A DNA stretch of 63,747 bases, counting the filler, from Rhabdomonas costata (taxonomy: Eukaryota): NCBI GenBank assembly GCA_019059605.1. It is 34 parts of 34 records of this genome, joined end to end, with 100 filler letters (N's around TTAATTAATTAA, not from the genome) between each part and the next. Parts side by side here need not be neighbours in the genome. Positions count along the whole stretch, not along the records: positions 11,276 to 13,053 come from JAHMHO010009186.1; positions 13,154 to 14,930 come from JAHMHO010009187.1; positions 15,031 to 16,811 come from JAHMHO010009188.1; positions 16,912 to 18,687 come from JAHMHO010009189.1; positions 18,788 to 20,565 come from JAHMHO010009190.1; positions 20,666 to 22,443 come from JAHMHO010009191.1; positions 22,544 to 24,318 come from JAHMHO010009192.1; positions 24,419 to 26,196 come from JAHMHO010009193.1; 26 more parts are not named here. One strand, written 5' to 3'. The notes beneath the pieces were generated by a model. The model saw nothing but the letters and a program-made list of their open reading frames with translations, had not been told where the DNA came from and did not search any database. Positions within the stretch are counted from its first letter, which is position 1. Every line of letters starts with the position of its first letter. Below, piece after piece: positions 13,027 to 24,791 of this stretch. The translations under genes were made by a program, and so were the position numbers.

Positions 13027-15250
13027 CAACCCCACCAAACACAACCACACCACNNNNNNNNNNNNNNNNNNNNNNNNNNNNNNNNNNNNNNNNNNNNTTA
13101 ATTAATTAANNNNNNNNNNNNNNNNNNNNNNNNNNNNNNNNNNNNNNNNNNNNTTTGGGGGGGGTTGTGGCAGCAGCGAGGAAGGTGGGAGGAGTATTCA
13201 CCCCAGGGGCCCTCCACAATGGTCAGTGATGACCAGCACCTAGAACGAACGCGTAGAGACGGACCTCGTGCGCAGAGATACAAGCGGACCATCGAGCATC
13301 GCAAGAAATCAGAGCCGGTATGCTACCACCAATGGGAATTGACAGTACTCGCCACGGCAAGGAGTCAGTGAGGCAACCCGAGGTACAGGAGGTTCAGCGG
13401 GAGAGGAAAGGAATAGCCCGCAATGCAATTATAGAGTGATGTGCTGGCACGGCAACGCCTGTAGATAGCGGTGCTGCCCGTTCACCCATCCGAAAGAAAA
13501 GCTCCAAGGGTCATTCCCGCGTGAAAAGGCCCCAGCCCCCCAAGGAAGGAGTGTGGAGTCGCAGAGACCGCAATCAGACAGCAATGGAGCAGTGCAGGCG
13601 CAGGGGAGGACGACGGGCACCCATTACCCCGGGGGTGCGGGAACGGCCGTGACGGCCCCAGTGTGCTCCGTTGGTAGCACGCTTTCCCCCCCCCCCGCTT
13701 CTCGCCGTTTTCGGTTTGTCAGTCCGACGCATTTCATTCATGGTAGTGTATCCCGCCGCGGGATAATCCGAATTGCGGAATCAGCGCGGATTCGCGCTGT
13801 GGTCATTTCCAGTTGGTTTTATTATTGAAGTCGTGGTAAGCCACCCCACGGACCGATGCTTACAACTGAGCAGGAACTAAGCCAAGAACATCAAGAGCAG
13901 GGCGTGAGGGTGTCACCCATCGCCTCGGAGAGTCCTGATTTTGGAGAACCCCCCTGCCCTTCTCCCTTGATGTTTCTGATTTTCGACAGCCAAGGAACTC
14001 CAAGACTAAAAACTCAAATGAAATTTCCAACAAAGAATTTAAGAATTTCCATACGTTTCTTTGAACCATTGTTTGTGTACGTAGCTATCCTGGTGGGTGA
14101 TTATATCCAGGAGCCACTTTTTCTCCCAAAAACCTGACTCAACGTTAAAAAGTGTTCGCGTTTCGTCATGAAACCAAAGAAGTGGGTGAAGTCCTGGTGT
14201 CCATAGCGATTTTTTCTTTGTTTTTGCTTTGAGTAAGTTTTCGCTTCGATCGCTTTGCTGAGTGGTGAGGCATGTCGTTTATGTGCTCCTTTGGTTGCTC
14301 GCAGCGTCTGCGGCCTCGCCAGTGGCCGCAGTGCCTCTGCCTTTGCTTGAGAAGGGACTTCCCGTGCAGGCGGCGATCAAGGTGAAGGCACGCTCCTGCA
14401 GTTGTTTTCTTTGGCTTTGGGGCAGTTGTGTCTCTTCGTTCGCGTGCGTGTGTGTGTGTTTGCGCGATTGAAAGGTGGAAGGAAACACACACACACACAC
14501 ACGTGAAATAGAGCGAAGACGGAAAGAAAAAGCTGCCCCTAACTTAAGACACGCACAGCCTGGGTGCTGGGTTCCTATAGCACTGTTGTCCGACTTGGGG
14601 TGCCGGCTCATCCGATAACGTTTTCTTTTTCAGGGTGGCACTGATGCACTTTACCTAACCCCCGGCTCGAAACATAAGATTTTCAAAAACCCCCACGAGG
14701 GATGCATGCAGCGTCTTGCTGGTACATGCCCTTGCGATTCGTATCATGTCCCTTGCGGTGGTTTTCATCGACCCGCCGTTCGCTCACCATATTACCTATC
14801 ATTCATTTTCATTCGTTGGCTGTCGCTGTCCGTTTTCACTGCAACGCCAGAACAAGACTTTCCGCCCTAGACCACTCGGCTCCACACCAGGAGACAGAAT
14901 GACGAGCGGAACATGGTGACCCCCTCAACCNNNNNNNNNNNNNNNNNNNNNNNNNNNNNNNNNNNNNNNNNNNNTTAATTAATTAANNNNNNNNNNNNNN
15001 NNNNNNNNNNNNNNNNNNNNNNNNNNNNNNGGGGCCCCTTCCCACCGCCCCGGAGCCCGCCAGCAGCCGCTGGGGAAGCGCCCCCAGCCCTGTAGAGCGC
15101 GGGCTTACTGTGGTGCGGGTCGCGCTGGAGTCTCAACCCGGCGGCAGTGGGTTTCGGACGGAGTTCCCGTACCAAGTCCCGCATCGCGCTCACCTTAAGG
15201 CCAACGGCATGGGTCGCGCGCGGCTTGTTTTTGAAAATAGTTGGAAGGCG

Positions 15251-15252
<2 letters not shown>

Positions 15253-15292
<40 letters not shown>
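15253..15292 (+). repeat. (GA)n microsatellite
   Basis: About 20 perfect GA units. Confidence 0.95.
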
Positions 15293-15295
<3 letters not shown>

Positions 15296-16456
15296 ACGCT
15301 CTCGCTGGTTCTCACACCGAATTCTCATCGGATAAACCGGAATGGCACCAACGATTGCCCTGTGACCCGCCTCGAAGTGGCATCACAAGAAAAGGTGTGG
15401 ATGACTCTCTATGCGGAATGAACCTGTGAGCCTCAAAGCCCGTCGCCGTTGCTGTTTCCATCATCATCGCCTTTTTCTTCGTGCATCAGCATCACCCTCT
15501 CCCCGTCCCCACCATTGCCTTCGGTTGCGTGGTGGCATTGCTGCTTGATCTTGGATCTCTGCCTCTTCAGATCCTAACCCCCCAGCCGACGCACGCGCGG
15601 GAAAGTCGATTACCCCACCCTCCACGTGGGTCCCGATGGACGACCTCCCCGCGGGCTACGCGGCTCCGCTGAACTGCGTGTGGTTGGACTCGGCCCGTCC
15701 CAGCCCTCAACCCCCTGGGTGAGCCGGTGGTGAGGTGGGGACCGATTGGCGGAGCGTTGGGAGCAGGCTCTCCACCCGCAATGCCCACCCGACAAGAGTC
15801 TCCTCCTTTTGAGCCAAGCCTCACGTTCCTCGACCCTGAACTGTGGCAAAAGGGTGGATGCAATCTGTGCAATATCTCTCTGTAGATATAGCGATGCACT
15901 CGGTCCACTGTGCACGCCCCCGTTCTCTCCCCGAGGCTGTAGATATGATGTGAGCCTCTGGAGAATTGCCCTGTGGTTTTTTGGTTTTTGGTTGTGGGGG
16001 TTGGCTTCTCTTCGGGACGTGACAACGGGAAGGGTTACGTACCTTTCGGTGGCAGTATCTCAAACATGATTGTTTCCTGGAAAGCCCACCCATGCATTAA
16101 ATTTGGAGACCGGGTTCTCGGTTTTGAAAAACGCGCTTCCATGCCCATTTGTGGTGGCTGTCGTATTGGACGGACGGGCTAGGCGGACAGAATTCAATTC
16201 AAGGGTGCTTTCGAACTCGTGGCCACTTGGCAGGGTAAAAGTTTCAAGACCTCCTCCCTCCACCCGAACACGTACATACACATGGGGCCAAAATCTCTGT
16301 CCGCACGTCCAACACGCCAGACCTGTCATTGTATTATATCTTTCTTCCTCACCTCTCCTCCGTCCCTTTTCCTCTACCTGAGCCCCTTAAAGGGCAAAGG
16401 GCAAGGGGCGCGCGCACACACACACCCCTTGATACTCGCCCAGCCCCACTCCGAGG

Positions 16457-16684
16457 ATGATCACTCTCGGCGTATTGGGCCACCTGGTCCTCCTGTTGGC
16501 ATCAGCGTGGGCTGGCGCGGAGCTGCCTGCATCACCACCACCCTCTCCTTGGGACGCGGCCCACGCTCTGCAGGAGGCTTTAGCGGCACTGCCCACCCCT
16601 GTGGCAGTTATCTCATGGAGCTCTGCCTCAGGCAAACTGCCTGCCGCTGGGAGCGGCGAAATCCTGCCGTTGTCTGCTGCAGAG
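16457..16684 (+). CDS. First exon of a putative secreted protein of unknown function
   Basis: MITLGVLGHLVLLLASAWAG looks like a signal peptide (hydrophobic core plus an AxA-type cleavage site). The donor after 16684 is a tentative GC. Confidence 0.4.
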
Positions 16685-16915
16685 GCACACACATACATCA
16701 TACGGCAAAGCCTGCTCAGAGTGCTCTTCACTTCCCCGCAGAGACGTACACAGTAGTGAGTACCTCGCGGTGAGGGTGAGAGTCGCAGTCCAACCGCCCC
16801 CGCCCCACCCCNNNNNNNNNNNNNNNNNNNNNNNNNNNNNNNNNNNNNNNNNNNNTTAATTAATTAANNNNNNNNNNNNNNNNNNNNNNNNNNNNNNNNN
16901 NNNNNNNNNNNGGTG

Positions 16916-17014
16916 GTTGTGGGACAGCGTATGATGGATACGATGGACATGATCAGTTACCCATTGAGCCATGCAGATCATGTCCATCGTATCCATCATA
17001 CGCTGTCCCGCAAC
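16916..17014. repeat. Hairpin with perfect 34-bp arms (16921-16954 / 16976-17009)
   Basis: gggacagcgtatgatggatacgatggacatgatc followed by its exact reverse complement after a 21-nt loop; abuts the contig start. Confidence 0.92.
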
Positions 17015-17260
17015 TGCATCCTGCATCCATCCGGCTTTGGCTTAAGCCGTTTTTTGCTGGCTGTTTTCTAACTTACATTTAGTTTGGAGGGTGAACACAA
17101 CTGCACCAAATTTCATTTGTTGTCCGCTGCATTTATTTTTAATGTGGCATTTTTAATGTGACAGTGGTCGAGGGCTTTGTTCCTTTGTGTGAACGCTTTA
17201 CAAATGATTTCCACAGAAACGTTGATTAGCGTAAGGCAGACCAATTGACTGTTTGCTCAG

Positions 17261-18533
17261 ATTTGGGAGTACGCTGATGCCGAGGATGGGTTCTTCAGCT
17301 TCACCTTCATCTCCTGCTTGTCCCTTTCCCGGGAGAATCAGCCCGTCAATGTTGTCCGCTACGCCCAGAAAGGTCCGCTGATCACGCATGGGGGAGGGGG
17401 GTCCATAAGTTGCCTTCACCATTTGTCCTTCGCTGAGTTGAGGGTCGTTGCAATGCTCTCTCCTGACTTTGTTTCAGGAGAAGCCCTGGTCTCGGCCCAT
17501 GACGATATCCTTTTCTGCGCTCTCGCGGATATGTTTGTTTGTCTTTTTTTGTTTGTTTGTAACATATGGTATCCTGCTCAGCTTCTTTCGCGCAGAGAAT
17601 TAGTACCAATACTGTTGTGGCGTTTGCTATTATGTTTTCAGGAGTAAACGGAATATCTTGATAGCTTTGGCACTTTGTTGGCTGCTTTTTGTTTTCCGCT
17701 TCTGCTATTCTGTCACCTCTGTCACCTTTGCCGTTCTTCGCTCCTTGGGAAACCACCGTTTTCCTTAACTCGCGAGCATCTCTGGGCAACTCCACCCCTA
17801 CACGTGGCCTAGTGGTGTTGTGGAAGAAGCAGGATCGCCCGCCAGGGAGCGCCGCAAGCTCTTCCTCCAGCGCGGGTCTGCTAGAGCAGCACGAGGACCA
17901 GGTTCACAACACGGAGTTCTGGCAGGTTGCCAGACTGTTCAGGTCTTTGCTCCGTGAAATGCTGCTCGTACTACTCGTTAGACTTATCTTGGGATCGGAC
18001 CTCGCACTCCAGCCTCTTGAAGCCAACAGTTTGTCTTTCGTCCGTTTTGAATTCGTTTCTAATAAATCCAACCACTATTCCCGTGCTTTCCGCTTCAAAC
18101 AGCTTGCATAGCACTTTTTTGTTTTTGTTAGCCTTTCAATTCCACTCCAACCTGATTCCGCCCGCCCCACCCCACTCTTCTTTGTCTCCTGCCTCCCCTT
18201 ATTCGATCCTTCCCCGCTTCATTCTTCTGGTTTGATTTGTATTTCCAGCTTTGCCTTCCTGTGCGCTACCCTGAGTAAGCTGTCACGCCAATGTTGTTGT
18301 TGCTGGGTTGTCTTGGTCAATTTTCGGTGTATTGGTGGATGGAAACTCAACGGCCCGTCTCCTTCCCCTTCCCGAGTTCCCTCTATGTTGACCAGTTTCG
18401 CCACTGTCTCCCTCTCGTGGACAAAACAGGGGTCACTCAGACGACGTCTTCAGCCTGGCCATCAGCCCAGACTCCAGGCACATTCTTTCGGGGTCCGTCG
18501 ACTGCAGCACCATGGTGTGGGAACTGGCCTCAG
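17261..18533 (+). CDS. CHAF1B: Chromatin assembly factor 1 p60 subunit (CHAF1B/Cac2/FAS2-like WD40), internal fragment
   Basis: Exons 17261-17372, 17478-17504, 17804-17942 and 18430-18533 give IWEY..PVNVVRYAQKGEALVSAHDGGLVVLWK..NTEFWQVARLFRGHSDDVFSLAISPDSRHILSGSVDCSTMVWE. This is colinear with CAF-1 p60 (VNVVRFSPxGExLASGxD..LWK..ENW....LRGHxEDVYD..S.SVD). HIRA is a less likely alternative. Confidence 0.85.
17505..17803 (+). other. U12-type (minor spliceosomal) AT-AC intron, 299 nt, phase 1
   Basis: Starts ATATCCTTTT, carries TTTTCCTTAAC at 17759-17769 and ends CAC. Excision restores the frame and the homologous motif SAHD-GG-LVVLWK. No GT or GC donor sits at the homology-defined boundary. 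Confidence 0.88.
17759..17769 (+). promoter_or_regulatory. U12-type branch-point sequence TTTTCCTTAAC
   Basis: Exact match to the TTCCTTAAC U12 branch consensus, inside the intron that has a U12 5' site; about 35 nt upstream of the 3' AC. Confidence 0.85.
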
Positions 18534-18895
18534 GTATGTCTGTTTTTTTCTTGGACTTATGGACTCCGCCTGTAGGGCAGGGACAAAGCAACATGACTAG
18601 CAACATGACTTCGCATTCTTCACTGCCCTCTCTCATTCGCCGCGCTGTGAACGGTTATTTCCACCGCTCCTATCTGCACTGCTTCATNNNNNNNNNNNNN
18701 NNNNNNNNNNNNNNNNNNNNNNNNNNNNNNNTTAATTAATTAANNNNNNNNNNNNNNNNNNNNNNNNNNNNNNNNNNNNNNNNNNNNAAATGATGCCTCG
18801 GATTTCGTTACTGTTTTTACGCCCCTTTGTGCCTACATTGTTTCGCGTGCACCCTGAGGAGGAGGAGGAGGAGGAATTCGCTTCTTTTGTTACAG

Positions 18896-19053
18896 AGGCG
18901 TACTTGTGGAGCGTGCACGCCTCTTCTGCGGGGTTTGGCAGCCGAACGCTGCACTGCTGTGGTGTTCCACCGAAAGCTGCTCGTGATTGGGGGACGCAGC
19001 TCGACAGCCGAAACCTTGGCGGACGTTTGGAGCAGCACCGATGAGGTGCACTG
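18896..19053 (+). pseudogene. Kelch-like beta-propeller repeat exon with an apparent frameshift
   Basis: AYLWSVHASSAGFGSRTLH is in one frame and AVVFHRKLLVIGGRSSTAETLADVWSSTD in another, with the switch at about 18955. Together they form one 'R..H..VVF..KLxVIGG...DVWSSxD' repeat. The exon is bounded by AG and GT. Confidence 0.6.
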
Positions 19054-22000
19054 GTGAGACGCGGTGGGATGGGTGTGTTGAGTGCAGGTACAGCAGGCGT
19101 GAGGTGTTGAGCAATCAGCTCTGAGGTGCAGGCCTGGCCACGGGTTTGTGTTTCGAGGGCGTCTCTGGGACATCGCGGGATGGTGCTTCCACCACGAGGT
19201 ATGCGCACATGTGTGTCTATCGGTATCGGGTGGTTGGGAAGAAGGATTAGAATGTTCCCGCGTCTATAAGAATGAAAGCGCGAAAGAAGAAGGGAAAACT
19301 GGGCCAGAGGGTTTCTCTGTCGCTTTGTCTCTCACTCTCTCTCTCTCTCTCTCGGGCTTGGGCAACCAAAGCCCGACTAAGATTTGCTTCTCTCCTTCTT
19401 CCTCTCTTTCACTGTGCCCCCAACTCAGCCGCAGTCCCTATTCACCCCGTCACCTCGCACAACCCATCTCAGGGCCCATTCGTTCTATTGACTTGCTAGA
19501 GGGCAAAGCAAAGCAGGCCCGGGGTCTTTTCTATGTTCAAACCAGACCTTTATCTGGCCGAATGACTGGACAAGATGGGGCTGGTTCACGAAAAAGGGGA
19601 AAAGAAAACGAAATTCTTCAATCTCTGACAAGGCTCGGAGAGCAAACACGCGTGCACACTTGTGAGGCTCCTGGTCTTCTTTTGAGGCGGGGTAGACAGG
19701 CACATCAACTTCTGCAGTTTCGCTCCTTTGATTATCCTCTGCTGTTGAGAGAAGCAGCAGCGAGAAGACAAAATATCTGGACCCCGGACATATGCCATAC
19801 CTGGACGAAAAAACATTTTCGGCCGATACTGTATCCCGAGAAAACCCCTTTGTTTTTTCCGATCATACAAAGATTTACAAGGACAACAGATGGTAGCAAC
19901 CCTTTTATTTCTGTCGATGAATGGGCACAGTGTCCACACTGAAACGTGGAGAAAGCAATCGGGAAAGGAGGAAGTGCGCTTGCGTAAATGAGTGTGCACA
20001 AGAGGATACAAAGGTTCAGCCCGGATAACCATATTCTGGAAAAGGTGCTTTTTTGCAAACAGATTCGTAAGAGCATGCATTTTCTAATTGAGTGTGAGAG
20101 CTAACCGAAGCAGGCCAAGAGCACAAAAAACTTTAGCGGCGTTGAAAAGCTCAAAAAGGCATTCATTCAACCACGTAACACTCACACCTTCTCCCATTCC
20201 AGGTATCACCAGGGGCAGGGGAACGTTGCTCGAGGGCTCCAACCCGTCTGGACGCTCGCTGTGCCGCCAGAGCAAAAGCTTTTCCTGCATGCTGGAATAT
20301 GTCTTGCCCCGGAAGTGCTGCCGCTCGAAGGCCAACAACGTGGGAAGGTAAACCTGGACAGCACATTCACTCATCAGCGCAGAAATTCGTCTTCCTAGGA
20401 ATTGTGAGTTTGTAATCCGACGGAATTTCAGCGCCATTCCAAAGCCTCCCCCATCAACCGGAGAAACCCGACCGGACAGAAGAAAAAGTGAAATTTCGCA
20501 CGTTCCCCTCCTTTTCCACCACAGTCACACATTTATATCACTCATTCCCTGTGTTCCACCACCCCNNNNNNNNNNNNNNNNNNNNNNNNNNNNNNNNNNN
20601 NNNNNNNNNTTAATTAATTAANNNNNNNNNNNNNNNNNNNNNNNNNNNNNNNNNNNNNNNNNNNNGGGGGGCATTGTGTAAGGAGTGTGTAGGCCAGGCG
20701 GCGGACAGGTCAGGTGATGAGGGGTGAATGCGCGGCCTCTGCTTGCTATCCCCACTGAGGCATTTCCACAGCGCCTTTTTTCAAATTATCTTAATTCCGC
20801 TCCCTTCCATTTGCCTGTGGCTGTCTCACAGCACCAAAACGGGAAAATGCCACCACACACAGAACTGCACTCTTTGTAAAGATCTGAATTAACAGAACAT
20901 TTCAGCCAAACATTATACAATGCTACACCTCAATACAATGCCAGACCTCCATACAAACACGCAGCAAATTTCGATCAAGCTCTCGTGGGTGGCCTCAGAA
21001 CTCATTCTGAAGCGGAGGCTTTGCGCCCAGCCCCAATTCTCAGGGAATGGACCGGCGGAGGCTAAAAGCCAAAGCAGACAGATGGAGCTCGAGAAACACA
21101 TCGAATCGTGAAGCACCGACCATTATCGATCGGAAAAGGTGTACATAGCTGAGCAAAAGAAAACGTTCACTCTCAAAATCAAGCAAGGTAGTTAACATGC
21201 TCCATGCTCCATGCTCCATGCTTGAGATATCGGCAAACAAATTGTGAAGTTATCTCGACAAAAATTGCAGCACATACATAAGTACGACCGTGAACAAGCC
21301 ACCTTTTGTCTTCAAGCTCCCCCCACACGCCAACAGAGACAGCTGTACCGTCGTGCACTATTTCATTGTTGGCTACACAAATTGAAAAATTAAAAGTATA
21401 AAGCATAAAGTTACAAATCAAGACATGAAACTGGTGTATGTTGCCCCTCAGCAATCATAGGAACAATCCTGGGAACGGCGACAAGAGAGCCAAACAAAGC
21501 CTTCCAGGGAGGCACTCAAAACTGGGACCTACCCACATGTGTGGCGCACCGCGAACCTTCAGTGAGCGGCCCTTCACCAAAACGCCCTCGTACAGACGCT
21601 GCACGGCACGACGCAACGCGGCGAGAAAGCGGGAGGCGCCATCCGCAGAGGAGTCGGAGGAGTAGCAGCCCGCGGTCGAAGCCGTCACCACAATCTCCCG
21701 CGGGAGGACCATGAAGGTGACATTCAGAGCTGAATCAAATACCCGACAGCGCAGAGAGAAGCCCATGCAGCCCGCCCACCCTTGTGTTTTTTGTGGACCT
21801 CAATTGGTAAAATGCAGAGACACAAACGCGCACACTGCCTCCCACCGTCCGCGCGCACGCGTTCTGGGTTGGGCGTGAGGTACGGACACTCAGGCAAGAA
21901 AGTCGGCTCGAATCCCTATTTACGGTCTAACATGATGGTCTCGCTCAGGCGTGATGGTAAGAAGGTAACTCTGGCCCCACCCCAACCAGGACTTCCCCTG

Positions 22001-23856
22001 TGGAACATGGGGGCCAGCAGGTGCCTAGGTGCCTGGTTCGGGACACGGTCGCCATACAGTTGCCTCCGGAGTCTCGTTTCGTGGCGAAACTTTGGATGAT
22101 GAGTGAGAAGGGTCAAACACGGGGCATTCCTCAGTCGACCCCTTTCCACGGTTCCTGGTAATGCACTGCTTGCCGTCTCTTGCGTTTGAATACTGTACCC
22201 CTCGTCTACGTCTACACACACGTCTGCGTCTACGTCTACACACAAACAAACAAACAAACACACTCTACACATGTGCTGTGAGGGAAGCGTCAATATGAAG
22301 GAAGCGTCAAGATGAGGGAAACGTCAAGAGCTCACCCCACAAAAACAAAATTGGGTAGGGTGCCAGCTAACATGAATTCCCCTTATTTCAAGTCCAGCAA
22401 CACCCACAAGGCGTCAATTGCCCCAATTGGATACCAACCCCACNNNNNNNNNNNNNNNNNNNNNNNNNNNNNNNNNNNNNNNNNNNNTTAATTAATTAAN
22501 NNNNNNNNNNNNNNNNNNNNNNNNNNNNNNNNNNNNNNNNNNNTTCAGAACCCTCTCTCTCTGTTCTCCCGAGCAATTCTTCGGGGGACGAGGGGGGGGG
22601 GCAAATAGGACTACCGTCTCATTTTTACACAAGGCTTCTGTTTTTAATGCCTTTCACATTTTGGTGGAGATGGTGACAGCATACTGACGGTACCTCTCGG
22701 GTTGGGACTCATATTCTGTGATAAGGCGCTCCGTGATTCAGATGGTTAATGGCTTCCCAATCTCAGGCCCCTTTTTTATGTCGGAATTTCAATTTTCAAT
22801 TTCAATTTCAATTTTCGGCGTGATGTTTTGCCGTCACCAGAAGTTGACATTTATGGTTTGCAATATCAGGCGTTCTCATTATTCTTAAAACCCCCAAGGA
22901 AGTTCCAATTTAGACCTTTGGTTACACTTTTTCCTCTCACTGTTAAGGTTGTATATCGCCAATATCGCATGTCCGTCACCCCCTCCTCCGTCGGCTGGGA
23001 TAATGGCCGGAATTCATCGTGTGCGCGAGGGCGAGAGAGGGGCACAGTAACGATTGGAATAATACAGACAAAACGAAAGGCAGGAGAGCATCAGAATATG
23101 AGGAAAGGTACCATTGGAGGCGGAGAGTGGAGGCGGTGTGCAAAGTACCAAGATTCAAGAGGTTCAAGAGATTTTTTGATTTTCTGCGGATCTCTGCCAC
23201 AGCACGAAATGACGTCCGTCGTCCACTTTTGGAGCTATACGCGCGATGACGTATCCCTAGATAGGACCCCCTCGACTGTCCTACTGCGAGCTTTCCTCGA
23301 GCACTCTCTCCTCCGTTCCTGTCTCTGTGGTAACCCAACGCCTTCCTGTCCCAATCGCATAAATGGGCTATCTGACGTCTGGTGCAGGGCACACGAAGAC
23401 GCCCCGACGTAGCCGCGACGATGCTCCGCTCAACAGCCCTGTGCAATGCCGGCGCTGCACCGAAAAGCGTTCACAGCATGCCCCAATGCTGAGGTCTCTA
23501 TGAGCTGCCGGGCGTTTCTGGATGGAGCGTTTCTAACTCAAGAATCCTCTCACATTGCGGAACCTGTTGCCACCACAACAGCCCGTGCTCTTGCTAATAC
23601 TCAGTGATGCTCCGAGAGTGGTGTGCAGGTGCGTGCGCCTCTTTCCACTCAATAAGGAAGTTACGAATCCCGAAACTACCAATTTAGCATGATACATTTC
23701 AAATTGAGGAATACAAAAAAGGCGCAAGGCTGGCACGTATGCAAATGACGTTTCAAACCTTCTCTATCATGATACCGAGGCCCTAAAACATGCTCAGATG
23801 CTCAATTACGGTGTAACGTGCTATATCATCCATAGACGGTTAAACAAAGGGCGCAC

Positions 23857-24066
23857 CGAGGTGGAGTAGATGATCGCGAAGACAGCGAAGTCCCACTGAC
23901 CCACGCTGTTGGCCTGCAACGCGCACAGCCGGGTCTCCAGCACCCGACTGGTCATGTTGAAGACCTCGCGCTGCGTCGTCGCGGCGCAGGTCGACGCTAC
24001 GGAGGTCCACGTGCTCTGGGTCAGGTACATCAGGGTGGGCCCACCGCCGGGTTGCGCGAAGTCAAT
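23857..24066 (-). CDS. Exon of unknown protein
   Basis: 210-nt AG/GT-bounded open frame with GC3-rich codons (IDFAQPGGGPTLMYLTQ...). No family recognised. Confidence 0.5.
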
Positions 24067-24418
24067 CTGAAAGCGAGGTTGAAAGAAACGCCTGCTGAGA
24101 AAGTGAAGCAGCTCTGCTCTTGATTTGCCCACAGCCTAAAGTGGTGGAACCAGAAAGCCTTCAGGACTGAATGGTAAATCATCCTATTCGAGAAGGTGCT
24201 TCGGACAGGAGAGGTTCTCGCGTCTTTCAGCGGAGGCTTTGTTTGCCGCGGAGTAACCGAGCATAAATAAGGCCTTTCAACGGCGCCGCGAGCGAGAGAC
24301 TCGAAACCAAAAAACCACNNNNNNNNNNNNNNNNNNNNNNNNNNNNNNNNNNNNNNNNNNNNTTAATTAATTAANNNNNNNNNNNNNNNNNNNNNNNNNN
24401 NNNNNNNNNNNNNNNNNN

Positions 24419-24791
24419 GGTTTGTGTGGGCCCGGGTGGCAGCCCGCGCGGCGGAGGTGCAGCGGAGCGAGGAGCAGGCCCGGGAGCTGATGCGCTCGAA
24501 GGAGGCGTTCTTCGCGATGGTGAGCCACGAGATGCGGACACCTTTGACGGCGTGCATCGGGATGGCCGAGGCATGCGTGAATATATGAGGAGAGTTGGGC
24601 GGGGGAGGGAGAATCAACACCTATTTGTCCTTCAGCAGAACCGCTGTACAGGGTTTTGAATAAACGTGTCTGGTCTCCTCCCACAGATTCTTTTGGAGAC
24701 CACCAAGTTGGACCCGAAGCAGCGCGAGTGTACCCACAGCATCAGCTGCAGTGGAAATGCGTTGCTGTACCTGATTAACGATGTCCTGGAC
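24419..24791 (+). CDS. Sensor histidine kinase, HisKA (H-box) region, hybrid-kinase type
   Basis: Exon 24419-24570 ends ..SKEAFFAMVSHEMRTPLTACIGMAE. A GC-AG intron spans 24571-24686. Exon 24687-24791 encodes ILLETTKLDPKQRECTHSISCSGNALLYLINDVLD. Confidence 0.92.

Noticed and set aside
20000-20009. GTATCCTCTT on the minus strand after a possible micro-exon
   Set aside because: The match is imperfect, no homology fixes the exon, and there is no TCCTTRAC downstream.
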